Source: Paraphysomonas bandaiensis
Taxonomy: Eukaryota > Protista > Chrysophyceae
DNA: 64,000 nt
NCBI GenBank assembly: GCA_965644295.1
Contig: CBFFRP010000374.1
Location: forward strand, 1-64,000
Direction: 5' to 3'
Part shown: positions 12,783-26,153 of the stretch, piece by piece
Position numbering within the stretch: position 1 is the first letter of the stretch
Layout of the letters: the number at the start of each line of letters is the position of its first letter
Notes under the pieces: generated by a model
Told to the model about the DNA's origin: nothing
Database searches by the model: none
What the model saw: the letters and a program-made list of their open reading frames with translations, nothing else
Made by a program: the position numbers and the translations under genes

Positions 12783-13386
12783 CATATCATTAAACACGCA
12801 CGAATAGTACGTAACGCAAATATATATTCTACAACAAATGCATGATTAATGATTAATAGTTATACTGACCATAATTGAAATAACAGCCTAATAGTATAAC
12901 AACAAGATACGATTGCAAACGTATACATTAGAATATACATTAGAATCTTAGAACTGTCGAGTTCATAGAAAAAGAAGATTTAAGCGTAGATTAAGACTGT
13001 TATGATTTAACTACTTTTGATTATTTTATCAACGCAAAGAAAATAGTAATAACCATTCATCATCATGAAACGTAACACAATGTATGTTAAATATATCTTG
13101 ACTAAACACAAATGTCGTAGAATAAACAAAGCTGGATGAAATTTTTTGACACATTATATTCCTATGAAATTTACACAGTATACTTTATATTTGAGATATC
13201 CATATATACAAATAACTTTTTTATTACTAAGTCATACTATTAGTAATTAAGACCATCACCTTTCACCAAATCTATATAATCTGACCCGATGTCATTCTTA
13301 GTTTGAAATCGTAGTACTGGGGTAATTTCCAATGCAATCACATCATTTCAGTGCATTACAATTTTACAATAAATCCTTAAGGCTTT

Positions 13387-15875
13387 CTATACTCTGTGAC
13401 CAGCATTTCGCAAAGCCTTCAGTCCATTTTTCTGAAAAGGAAACGAGAATAAAGATAATAACACTTATCACACAGTAGTCATAGCACCTGGCGGCTGGTC
13501 TTGTCTCGCTTTATATCTCTCATCATTCTGTCAAAAGCACTGCATAATCCACCATCAGTACGTGCCGAATCGATCTTCGTGGCTACAGTCCCATCAGTGA
13601 GACCATCCGCTGACGCTACCGCCTCTACTCTATCGTCCTTTACATATAACAGTGAAACACAACTCAATATAACCGGTACTCGGCGCACCTGGTCATCATT
13701 TCTGACATTTTCACCAAAAATAGGAGCTATCAGATCGGCCAACTGTCGTATGGCTTGTGTCCAAGTCTCATTGCCGAACATTTCTTCCATCTTAGATCGA
13801 TGAAACTGTTTGCTGAGATATGCATCAGCTGCGTCGACCAATTCCAACGATTTCCACTGTGACTCACGAAAAGAGTCCGATTTGCCAGACACGGATTGTG
13901 AAACACGAACTCGTATATTCAGTGCACGCGAGCTCTCAACTTTGAATTTGTTACTGCGAGAAATAATTACATTTCATACGTATAGAAGGTATAAATCATC
14001 AAATATCACAACTCGGGCGGCAACGATTCTAGACAACTGATTATAGTATACATTCGTCGCCAAAGAATAACAATGCGTACCTCAAGAACTTATTAACATA
14101 AGAACAGCTTTTATCGGAGCCTAGGGTGGTGTGCCCCTTAAAACCAGGGTCATGTAGAGTCTCTGATTTCAGCACGCCATTCCCCCCAGTCACTGACTTT
14201 AAAGTGCGGTATAGACTACCCAATAGAGAATCAGACACAGTCTCAGTATCTGTAGGAACTGATGTGAGAGATATCATACCGCGCTCCATTAAAAACGAAA
14301 AGAAACCACCCAAGCCCAAATCTTGGACACCTCTATTTACCGCTGCCTTCCCCTTAGGAAAGAGGATACGAGGGTCGAGGTCTGCATACGAGCTGGTAAT
14401 ACTCGTAACTCCTAAGGACTGGCGCAAGGTGTAGTATGGAACAACACTACCGTGACTACTCCCTTGTTTTTCGGATGTGTCTCCAGCAACGTACATAACA
14501 TATAGATGCACAATGTCCCGAATATGGCATGACATAGGGTTTCCATCCGATTGCGAAAGTATCCCACCCTCGTCAGCAGTCGAGTGCGGGCCAGTGCTAC
14601 ACACGAACGACATTCGGCCGGAATCACTCTTAAACTCTACACTGGCCGATGACTGTACGTTTGCGCTTCTAACAGCTAACGACTCAAAATGCGACGCGAT
14701 ATGGTGGTGCAATAACACCTGCACAACAAAATTACTTCGGCGCATACTCAATCGCAAATTTATAGACATGAATTAACATTCCAGGGTACAGGTTGAGCGT
14801 TATACCTCTAAAGAATACATCTTGGCAGTCTCTACTCCAAATGTTAAATGCATAGCGGGCTGCTGATAGGGGTCAGTCGCTCGGACCTCATCATTTGTTT
14901 CGGTAATATCTTCAATGCTGGTGTATGCCTCATGCACAGTTCCCCTAGGAATATAGGCCATATCTCCAGCTAGTAAAGAGAATTCATTAACAGGAGGATT
15001 CAGCTGCGATATATCCAAGGATTCATTACGGGAATCTTCGAGAAATTGTACGGACGGTTTAATTACAAGGTCCGGGCGAGGGAAAGCAACTAAAGGGGGG
15101 TCATACGTCTTCCATCGCTTCGTACCAGCAATCTAAATCACTTTCATTAAAGGAGAAACTTCTCGTAAACACACAGCTCTCGTATTTTATATCGTATACA
15201 TAATATGCGCAACTATATATACTCCTACCTGGAATATAAAACCATCCATCCAATCAATATGTGCCTCAAAACCTTGGGCTCCACCAGGGGGACTGACATA
15301 GAGATTAACATTAACTAGCCACCCCAAAGCTTCTTCCAATCGTAGAGCTGCTTGGAATACATTCGGTAGAGTTGATTGGGCCCGATTCATAATAATAGTA
15401 TATCCGTGTTTATTGACTGCCTGTAATGCCGATGCAAGCGACAAACGATTATCAGGATTGGCAAATACACCTAAATACATAATACATCTATAAGAGAGAT
15501 CAATAGAAGATATAACAAGATACCAGTCCACCATTCACCCTCACGTTTCACACGTTTTGCTAATTTCCAATCAATATTATATTGAATCCTTTCATTGGGC
15601 GATGAACTCTTATGTCCCTTTTCTATAGCCACTTCCACATCATCAAATGAGAGTAATGGACCATAATAATAAGGTAGATTAGGTCGTTTAGCTGTAACTG
15701 GTTTATTATTAAGATAGTTTGTAATAAAATCATGGATTGGTATGGGACTTAATATACTCTCTAAGAATTGAAGGGATTGATTGGAGGGTGTGAGGACATG
15801 ATGGTCTATACAAGAGAGTGTAGGAGATGAATAGATTGATGATATTATGGTTAAGAGTATTGTGTATTTGATCAT
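13387..15875 (-). CDS. JmjC/cupin 2-oxoglutarate oxygenase of the ROX (NO66/RoxA)-like family, with an N-terminal signal-peptide-like sequence; about 6 exons
   Basis: Motifs NVNLYVSPPGGAQGFEAHIDWMDGFIFQ|IAGTKRW, LLAGDMAYIPRGTVHEA and MHLTFG give the HxD...H triad. N-terminus is MIKYTILLTIISSIYS. Confidence 0.85.
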
Positions 15876-16061
15876 GATTGGATAGTATGAGTTGAGGTGT
15901 ATGTATGTATGTAGAGGTGAGAGTGTGTTATATATGAAGAGTGTGGATTGATAGGATGGAGGTGTATAGCTTGCTGCTCTATTAACAAGTAGATATGTAC
16001 TGGTGTACTGGTGTACTGCAGTACCAGTGCACTATACAGCAGATCAATGATGTACTCCAGC

Positions 16062-16492
16062 ATGTATGTCTGTATGTCTGTATGTGTATGTATGTATGTA
16101 TGTATGTATGTATGTATGTATGTATGTATGTATGTATGTATGTATGTATGTATGTATGTATGTATGTATGTATGTATGTATGTATGTATGTATGTATGTA
16201 TGTATGTATGTATGTATGTATGTATGTATGTATGTATGTATGTATGTATGTATGTATGTATGTATGTATGTATGTATGTATGTATGTATGTATGTATGTA
16301 TGTATGTATGTATGTATGTATGTATGTATGTATGTATGTATGTATGTATGTATGTATGTATGTATGTATGTATGTATGTATGTATGTCTGTATGTATGTA
16401 TGTATGTATGTATGTATGTATGTATGTATGTATGTATGTATGTATGTATGTATGTATGTATGTATGTATGTATGTATGTATGTATGTATGTA
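16062..16492. repeat. (TATG)n microsatellite, about 430 bp
   Basis: Read directly from the sequence. Confidence 0.98.
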
Positions 16493-16634
16493 GGGGGAAG
16501 ATCGAAGTATTTCTGATCTTCACAGTCATACTTCAATATCTGCAGGTCATATACACACATACATACATGTATATATAGAATGACCTAAAGTTGATACAGA
16601 GAAGAGTGTTGAGTCATATATATACCCATCTCGT

Positions 16635-17220
16635 ATGTCTTCCTTCCGTATTCTTTTAATAAGATGCCATCATATCAGCGCAACACGTAGTAGTATCGAG
16701 GTTGTTGTCCAACAGGGTTGCGCTAATATGATGGCGTCTCATAAGAAGGATATAGAAGACATACAAGGTGGGTATAAGAATGAAATGGAAGGGTTAACAG
16801 ATCGTATAAATAGACTGGAGGAAGATAAATCAATGTTGAAGAGTATCTTTGTCAACGATTGAGGGGCATTTCTTGCTCCACTGATTGCTTATGCATATCA
16901 AGGTCATGCTTCTAATATTCCGCAGAAGTCATGCTCAGTTGAAAAGTATGGTTAACAAAGCAGGTGATTCTGTCCGAAACCAGTTTCAGGTCATCGAAGC
17001 AGAGTTTTTAAAGCATGGAATTAGTGAATGCGACATTGAGGTCCTCGTCAAGGAAATACAATATATAGGATTTGGAACAATCTATCCAATATTAACGATT
17101 TATGGTGAACCTCTGACAAAACATACACGATGGGAATATTGAACGGCAAGTGGGAAGGTTACTTTTTGATTCTGAAAAGACTCGAATTTTGCTTGAAGTT
17201 GTTTGCACGATTGCAAATGC
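16635..17220 (+). pseudogene. Degenerate coding-like sequence running into a hairpin
   Basis: Consecutive short ORFs with coiled-coil-like content are broken by stops and frameshifts. No family was recognised. Confidence 0.3.
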
Positions 17221-17348
17221 TGAAACAAAATTTGCAATCGTGCAAACAGCTTCAAGCAAAATTCGAGTCTTTTCAGAATCAAAAAGTAGCCTTCCCACTT
17301 GCCGTTCAATAATTTCCATCGTGTACGTTTTGTCAGAGGATCACCATA
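17101..17348. repeat. Near-perfect inverted repeat with about 118-bp arms and an 11-nt loop
   Basis: 17101-17218 is the reverse complement of 17230-17348, with 5 substitutions and one 1-nt indel. Confidence 0.95.
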
Positions 17349-18307
17349 GTTAAGGTTGAATAGTAATTTGAACTGATATACCCTTTAGTATTCTTGTACT
17401 TGGTTTAATTTCCGTTTTAGGCAAGTCTTGAGTTTTGTAAACTGTAATCACATATAATCAATTGTTAGAGATTTATAATAAACAACAGTTCGTCACCAAC
17501 AGTTCTCTTTTTTAAATGATCAAGGAAATACCGAAGAAATTTTTAGGTTTAATGCTTACGTCATCCTCGCCATATCAAGACACACACGACGCTTTAGCCG
17601 CTTTTGCTTTCTTCCAGAGCCAGAAAGTCTCCCCGTATTGCTATATATGTATATATATATGTATAGACATAACTGGAACTTGCTTGGCGTCACACACTAA
17701 GAATACGCCAGAATTATAATAGAGATCTATGCATTTCGCACTGGTTAATGCCTAACACCTAACACTAGCAGCACACGTACACTATAAGCTACATCCAATA
17801 TACCTACGCTGCCTATTAGCAGTAGGGCACGCCCCCATAATGGGGCAAAAACTAAGTAGATCTATAAAGTTGTAAAGAGCAATAGAAAAGACGATAATTA
17901 TGGATATTGTTATTAATATTCAACTAACGTATGAATGCATCAGACAAATTACAAACTGGTATCATTAACTCTACGTGCTGTTGCATGCAGTATCAATACA
18001 GATTACACAGCAATCTATCCCTTAAGTGGAACATATTTCATTGTATTCATAGAAAAAAATTACAAATTCACTGTGGTATTTAGCAAGATAATGTGATACA
18101 CAAGATTCCATTATTCTATACAGAGAACTGAAATATTTATGTTTACAGAAAACGTTCCTCAGTAGTATCACACGAAATATATAGGGTAACAATACATAAA
18201 TACATGCATACCAACGTGAATAACAAATATGAGTGTGCCAGTAGATTGTTATTCTGTTGGAAATGCATATGTGTTTTAATCTAGTTCTTCATGACTACCT
18301 ATGCTTT

Positions 18308-19412
18308 TCAGTTCCATACCTTATCAACATGGAGGGTAGTATTGCTGCTCTTCCTCTCCAGGGTACAGGAACGTGGAGATATTTCGGTATAACCCTATGT
18401 AACATTAATCACAATAACATTACATATAACTGCAATTAAATGAACAACAGATTGTGGTACACCAATAATACGGCGATTTAAGTCTAAGTTACCCTCGTCT
18501 TTAAAATTGTAACATTTAACAAAACAGCACACCTTTGCAAGCGCCCCAGCCCATTTCAAATAGACCCTTATATACCAAAACGCTATGCTGAGCAGACATA
18601 TAGCCGTCACTATACTAGCAGCCACAGAGCCGTAGGGGTGATCCCAGTACAACACCCACGATGCAGCACATAGAGACAAGGCGAATAGAAGTACACCTAA
18701 GAATAAGTCGGAAAAATAGCATACAAAATATCCACGAATACATGTAAAGACAAATCACACTATTATACACTGTATACTGTGTAATACCAAATGTAAAGGC
18801 CTTAAACGCCACTTGCCAGTCATCTTCACACCTACAAAAAACCTGTCCATCAGCAGCAGATACATAAGTCATAGATACGGCACTTACTCGCTTATCCAAA
18901 ACGAATCAAAGGTAGGATTCCTCTTCACAGGATCGTAACGATACAGGGCCAACAATACATACGTACTGATCAATGCAGCCACCATTGTAATAGCAATCTA
19001 CACATGCATGTATAAGTACATACGTATATATGGTATCTGTATATAAAACTTATACATTGCACTGTATATATAACATATATATAACACTGTATATATAGCA
19101 TACACATATTCACATAGAGTGTCCGCATACCACACTGGATGTAATGGTCCCAAAGAGCACTAGAGCAAACTCTGCAACCTCTTCAGATATCTGTATCTCA
19201 CACAGAGAAGATATGGTAAAGCCTGCAATGATAGTAGATATCTCTGCAATAGCTTTGAGTTGTTCTGACTTCTCATCAATGGTTCGTCTTGCATCATCAA
19301 TGCATCGCCGTTCATTCACTAGTGCTCTGTATTGCATATCATCAGCACGTAACTGATGTCTCCATGCCATACCACGTAATCCTGTAGAGACAGTAGATAC
19401 AAATGATTCCAT
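18308..19412 (-). CDS. Orai/CRAC-like calcium channel (about 5 exons)
   Basis: TM1 EQLKAIAEISTIIAGFTISSLCEIQI carries the pore Glu. TM2 is IAITMVAALISTYVLL, followed by FDSFWISECEDDWQVAFKAFTFG and two more TMs. The last exon is uncertain. Confidence 0.8.
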
Positions 19413-19536
19413 AGAGAGAGAGTATAGAGTTTAAGAGAGGGATAGAGTAACAAAGGAAAGATATGTATATGATATAGAGAGCTATATAACATAACAGCTA
19501 ACCGCCCCACGTAATTATAAACGGGACATATACTTA

Positions 19537-19759
19537 GGGCCCGTTCGGTTCATCCAATGGATTTTTGTGCTGGATTTGCATTCGCTGGATTTTTGATAAA
19601 TTCCACTGGTTGAGAATGCACTGTATTTGGGTAATCCAGCAAATTACTACCGAACGATTGCCACATCCGGTTAACGCATATACTGTATGTATAATCGTGA
19701 TTCAAAAATCCAGCGAATTTGAGCAAATCCAGCACTTTTTTGGTCTACCGAACGCACCC
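19537..19759. mobile_element. Tourist/PIF-Harbinger-like MITE, 223 bp
   Basis: TIRs GGGCCCGTTCGGT and ACCGAACGCACCC, TTA on both flanks (19534-19536, 19760-19762), and subterminal inverted GCTGGATTT motifs. Confidence 0.85.
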
Positions 19760-20025
19760 TTAATACTTAGACATGTACTTATTTAGACGTGTACTTATAT
19801 ACATAGACATGTACTTATATACTAGACATGTACTGTACTGTAGGTGTAGACCAGCAGTGTAGTGTATAGTGTACAGTGTGTATATAGTAGCTCTATGATA
19901 GCTACAGTATGTATAGTAGCAGTCGTACATACATGCATATGTATGTATATCACTATGAGGAAATAGATTAACCATATCACCACACCCACTCTGATTAATC
20001 AACTCACGTGCAGCTAGTCTGCACT

Positions 20026-22037
20026 ATGAATCAATACAGATCTAAATCACTTAGCAATTCATCAGAGGGGATAGGATCAGATGCTTTATCATTCTCTAGT
20101 TTAGCCTCATCGGTTGGAGTGGCTCATTCAAGTCGATATAGTGTCCCATGGTCCCCAAACTCCATACCACACTGTGAGATATGTTTAAAGCTATTTACTA
20201 TACGTCGTAGACGTCATCATTGTCGTAAATGTGGATGTATTGTATGCTATAAGTGTTCAGGACACTCAATAGTGATTCCTCGATTGGGTAAAGGACAGCA
20301 GCGTGTATGTGACAGCTGTTATAATAATGTATATGATGATCCATGTTCCAATTTAGTAGAAGATTGTATTGAATCTGGATTACAGCAGAAAATGATGAGG
20401 AATGTTCTGCATGTTGGTGTCATTACGAGTAGCGCAGTTATAGCCCAGTCAATTGTTCAAGGCCTCTCGATTGCAATGACAGGGTCTCCTTTGGGTAAAG
20501 AAGTTGATGTGGAGTGTTTCCCATCTCCATACACCCCCCCTGCGCCTCCTGGTAGTCCTCCAAGAAATTCAAGTTTATCTTTACCAAATGGGATGCTATC
20601 TAGACACTCTATTTCTCCTAGCATATTGTCCGTATCATCTCTCACGTTGTCTAATAGTCACAACTATAGTTACAGCGCAATGAGCAGGCCTACTCTACAC
20701 AGTTTACCCGAGGAGGCTCCTAGTACACCCACAGATCCATGCACACGACAGGCAACAGCACCTTTGGCATCGCGATATGTACGATCCGACACGGAGAGTA
20801 AACAGACAGCGTGTGACAAGGCTAGGCTTGCATATGATATGTACTATGAGAAGTATAGTAGAGGTCCTGACTTCTCTGTCGGGATCGTTTTTGGTGTAAT
20901 GGAAGATAGGAAGCAAACTTGTAGAGATAGTAGTATGGACTCTAATATACCACCTTTATCAGCTGCAGTACATCAAGGTGAGAAAGAACCCTGTACGGAA
21001 CATAGTGAACAAAATGTCGATAAGAGTGTTGATAAGTCGCCTACCATAAAGCCAGCAGAAAATAGCGGAAAGACAGGTATTATGTTAGTTGTAATGGAAT
21101 GATAAATATGACAACATGTTCAGATAGTAACGGAGATATGAGTTGCCTCACTGGTGACGAATCGCCGACAAACTACTGCCGTAATCTAACATCACTTCCT
21201 TTTGAAGTCGCATCACATACTCCAGGCGCCGAGGCCAAAGAATATCAAATATTTTACTGGTGTGTATGGATAACTTACATTGTGTATGTGGTGCTGTTAA
21301 TTATATGAATCATATCGTAATTGTGCTGCTTCCACGTTGTAACGGTAGCAACTCTGTAGGGTTGCAATGTACGATGGCAGTCGCATGAGCACATCCCGCA
21401 GCGCGTCGGTCTCTCTCCCTCCTTCCCTTTGTGCTCACATTCAACGGAGAGATAGAGAGCACAGTCATCAGTGCAAGATTAGACAAGAGAAAGGTATCTG
21501 TATATGCTTGATTTTGTAAACTGTGTGTACGCACAAAGTCATGGTGAATAGAAAATTGTGTATTATTACTGTTGATTGTGTCACACATGCAGCCCAAACA
21601 TCTACCAATACTACCCCAGAAGAGATTCTGCATCATGGCATGTGCAACTTTGAGGACGTTGACATCGAAGAGGAGCTTGTTGCAGCAATATTGAGAGCTG
21701 GTCACGCTGCGGCCTCCGGTTTGTCACCATCTTTAACCCCTCTCGGCCCCTCTCCAGGAAATCGCTCTGAAGGAGGGCCGCAGAATCCATTCTCAATATC
21801 GAATGCTTTGTCTGGTGGAATCATAGGTAGGTCATTATGACATTATGTATGCAGTTGCTTCTATGCTTTTGGTTGTGGGGCCATGTCATGCTAAATGCCA
21901 GCCCTTGATGCCGTGAATTTTTGTTAGGCTGGCTTACTGGAGGCCGTATGACCCGGGCGTCCTATCTGCAAAGTGTAGTGCAGCTAGCATATATTCCTTT
22001 TCAGTGGAAAGACCTTTATGAAGTTACAGATGTCTAA
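20026..22037 (+). CDS. FYVE zinc-finger protein (multi-exon; 3' exons approximate)
   Basis: WSPNSIPHCEIC...RRRRHHCRKCGCIVCYKCS...QRVCDSC. Confidence 0.8.
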
Positions 22038-22662
22038 CAATGCACATATTATATAGTTAAATTCTATTGTAGCCTTAATATATATGTTGCATTAACATGT
22101 TATGGAGAGTTAACATGTTGAAATATAGTAAAATATAATATAAAAGCTGTACTAATGAATTGAATTTGTTATGAAGTATAAATCTGTTTCCCGTTTTCAG
22201 TGTATGTAGAGTAAGCATTAGATTGTTTCATCGCTACATTCATTATTTCTAGTTTCCTTCCACACTCAATATTCATGTTGTTATGTCTAACATGATATAT
22301 TCAATATTCATGCCACCGAATTCCTTCTCTACTCTACGACCTGGAAATACATTGACTACTATGCAACACATGAAATAGCACTTATATAGATCTTGTAGAG
22401 TATATAACTTCTGCAATTGAATTCAAAAATACGTACATTCAAAAGTCATTCAAAAGTATCTAGTGAGCTCTCACAAGTATTCGACTACACGTGCACATTA
22501 GTCTTGCAACTCATACGTAAGTGTGCTGCATTATAATTTATTATATCTTGTATATACAGCACAAAATGTGTATTATCTACTTAGTTCGAAAGTGCTATAT
22601 AAAATATGTAAAATAAAACATACGGTGTATGCACTGTTTCTATATTTCACAGTCTGCACAAA

Positions 22663-23193
22663 TCAGTTAAACTGGGGACGCAGTTGTAAACGCCACTCCA
22701 CTTCGTTCCGAAAATCTCCAGTACGTGTAGGAATATTGAGTTCCTTGTACGTACGACTGTTCAGCAATCGAATGGCCCGAGAAGGGGCGGTACATACTTC
22801 ACCACTTCCATTTTCCAAATTTGCCCTCGAATCATACTTCATTTTTTGAATACCTGTAAACATCTCTTTCTGAGCCAACTTACGCTGTGTATGATTACAT
22901 ATATCGCCAGCAATATGTCCCTGTACGTATTACGTGACGTAACCTAATGTGGAGTGAGTGTATATGTACAGTACCTCTGACTTGGGTGGGGGACGCTTTG
23001 GTGTAGATGGTCTCAGTAGCTTACATCTTCTTGTTGATTCAGCAGTATGAGCACGTGAATTAATTTTCATATCTTTTTTTGTAGAATAAGCTTCAATAAG
23101 TGCAGATCGATTGACATTCATATGCATATGCTGATTCATATGAGCATTTGCTGTTGAACGATTATACTCATTAATGTATGTATCAGGTAACAT
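22663..23193 (-). CDS. Hypothetical protein (2 exons)
   Basis: Two ORFs can be joined by a GT-AG intron at about 22888-22974. No family was recognised. Confidence 0.5.
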
Positions 23194-23865
23194 AATGAAT
23201 AAATGAAATGAATGATTTATATGATGATTAAGATGAAACACTCATTGTGATGTGATATTATTAATAGATGGGAGTAATGACTCAGTTCTTCTATTTAATG
23301 GCCTCTCTCTCTATATATATGTATATACTGTACATGTATGTATGTACGTATGTATGTATGGAATGGCGATAATAAGAATAGGTCCAGTTTTCTACAATAT
23401 TTTTCTAGAGTGTGTCAAAAACAAGGTGTTTTAAAAACTAAATGTGTGTATTTGGCCAAAATATGCTATTTTTTCAATGGTCAGCAATAAATGCGTAAAA
23501 AATACATGTGAGATAACAAAAATCGATGTGTGTATGAGTTATGTATTGCTACGTATGAATTTCTAGATGTACAGTACAAGTTTGGGGTTTCTTTACACAT
23601 AAAACTATAATATTTGTAGAAATGCCTATTTTAGGCATTGTAAAAGCTACATTTTATTAATATATACTGTAATTCCATCTCATCCAGCTAAGTGGTAGTT
23701 AGTAATTACATTAACGGTCTTGTGGGTAGGAGTACTAACAACTCTATAACTATTATAGATTATTTTTTTCATTTTCTTAAAGAGATTATTTTCTTTTAAT
23801 CTCATTAAAAAGAAACGAGTGGTTTCATTGATTATTTATAGAGTTTATATTGAGTTGAGTTCACT

Positions 23866-24925
23866 ATGGCGGACGATGATCTTGGAGCATTTTTCTCTGA
23901 GATTGAGCAGGTAGAGAAAACGGTAGAGACTACCAAGACAGAAGAAGTTGCTGTAGCGGCTCCTGTACAAGTTGTTGCTAAACCAGAAGTAATTGTTCGG
24001 GCTCCTGAAATAGTAGAGAAACCACGCCCTACTGTGACCACTACATACAACTCCTCCACTGCCCAGGTATAATAAAGTATAATATGACAGTAGCAATTAT
24101 TAGATACACTTATTACATACTATTCTCCTGGCTGTGTTAGTTTATATAGATATTGTTCTGATCAAGGTTTTGTGATATAGCCACAGGAGAGTTGGAGTGA
24201 GATGAGCGCATTTGAGAGTTCCTCCTCATATCCTTCCCACGAGATCACCATGCCACCTTCAGAACCTGTGCAACCGGTATCCCAACCGTTTATTCCTGTG
24301 CAACAGAACAAGAAATATGTTCGGTGTGGGGCTGGGCAAACGTGGGTTGACCCTACCTTGAATGAGTGGCCAGAGAACGATTATAGACTCTTCGTGGGAG
24401 ATCTCGGTAACGAAGTTACTACCGACATGCTTGCAAGGGAATTTCAAAAGTATAAGAGCTTTGCAAAAGCTAAGGTAAGTACACCTTGTTTCGCCGTATC
24501 TCGAAGCTATTTGTAGCTGATGTATCTGCAATCTGTATAATTCTAACTGTACCATATACACAGGTTATACGTGGAGGTTGGAACAGCAAGTCTAGAGGGT
24601 ATGGATTTGTTAGCTTTTTAGACCCTTTTGACTGCGCGAAAGCATTGAGAGAAATGAATGGCAAGTATATTGGCAACAGGTCTGTTCAAGAAAAATCCTT
24701 TACTTGCGAGTCTACATGATGTCTAATATTCTCTCATAATCGTAGACCTATGAAGATTCGTAAAAGCACTTGGAAAGATCATGACATCAAAGAGGTGCGT
24801 ACACACCAGTTTACAATGTATTTAATGTAGTCTGTAATGTGGGACGTAATGCTGCTTGTGTGCAGGTAAAGAAGAAAGAGCACAAAAAGAGGAAGCTGCA
24901 GGAGAGTCTTGGGCTTACTTCGTAA
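23866..24925 (+). CDS. RBM42: RNA-binding protein 42 (RRM; 5 exons)
   Basis: GQTWVDPTLNEWPENDYRLFVGDLGNEV...KSRGYGFVSF...REMNGKYIGNRPMKIRKSTWKD. Confidence 0.92.
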
Positions 24926-25773
24926 CACTAATAGTATCACAGGCATGAACTCGTACTATATTATTTATGTGACAAATTCGATGCTGGTGTGAATGAAATT
25001 CGTTCATAATTGTAGCTAGTGAAATGCTATAATAGTGTACCCTAGTGGAGTGCTAGTGTTGACTAGGCTAAGTAACGTATAGATTGTTCATAAAATCTCA
25101 GCGTACGTTGGAAGTTTGGTAAACGACACCCTTGAAATGGGATTCTGGTGTTAAGTTGAAATGATATTACATGACCAAAACTCTAACTACCGGAATATCC
25201 AGGATTTCGACTGCAGAAAACAGTAAATATCCCTGAAGATACCATGAACATACCGCTGCAAGTCCGGTGTGTGGTGAACTTCAACCTGAAGTATTCAGTA
25301 TCTTGAAGGGCAGGATGGATCTTACAAGAATATGACTGCCATACTACTCATACATAATATATTATCTTAAAACTAGAAAGTTATTGAGCACTACATGTAC
25401 GCAATGGATCAAGCTGAACTTAGTACTGTAGCTTAAGGTTAAGAAGAAAAAAACAGAATGTAAGATAATGATCGAGATATATAGCAGAGACGATAATATC
25501 AGGAGGGAGGCTTTGGAAACGGATGGCAGTAATGTAGCAATGAATAGTAGTCACTGAGGGTGATGGCTATTAATTTAAGTATTTAAGTGCAATAAATTTT
25601 TCCAAGTTCTAATCCTAATATCTAATAGTTGTCCTTATTCCTTATACTATATTATAGTAAATAATAGCCAATTAATAGCAGCTTAATTGCAACCTTCCTG
25701 AGAGCAATTAAACTGCAATTATTACGTACATTCCATGCAATTTAATCACAATTAGAAATAATTGTAATTCAAT

Positions 25774-26153
25774 TGTCATATATTATTATATCTAAAATAT
25801 CTGTATCACTCTACCAGTTTCCTCATAGATATTTCTTGAAATAGTTTCTACATCTAGAAATAAAATATAGAAACTTCACACTGTCCTACATATCTACTTA
25901 TACCGCCATAATACTGTACGGGTTACCATTCACGTCCGTATGTACGGATAGTCCCGGCACATTCCAACCCTCTATCTGGCCTTAATACTCATATCTTCTA
26001 ACCTTATCATAACCATATTCTACATCTTATCTCATGCTACTACCTACACTACTTTATCCTTATTCTTATACCATAATAGCCTCATAATCCACCACTTCCA
26101 TTACACCCCAATTTGCTACATATCATTTGATGACACACTTCCCCTATCTTTCT
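25774..26153 (-). mobile_element. Putative 3' LTR (25774-26135, 362 bp) preceded by a polypurine tract
   Basis: The minus strand reads AGAAAGATAGGGGAAGTG then TGTCAT...ATGACA (TG..CA ends with a 6-bp inverted terminal repeat). No partner LTR is in the window. Confidence 0.55.

Noticed and set aside
15982-16578. YIHT/MYVC repeat ORFs, also at 40867-41443
   Set aside because: They are stop-free translations of the TATG microsatellite.
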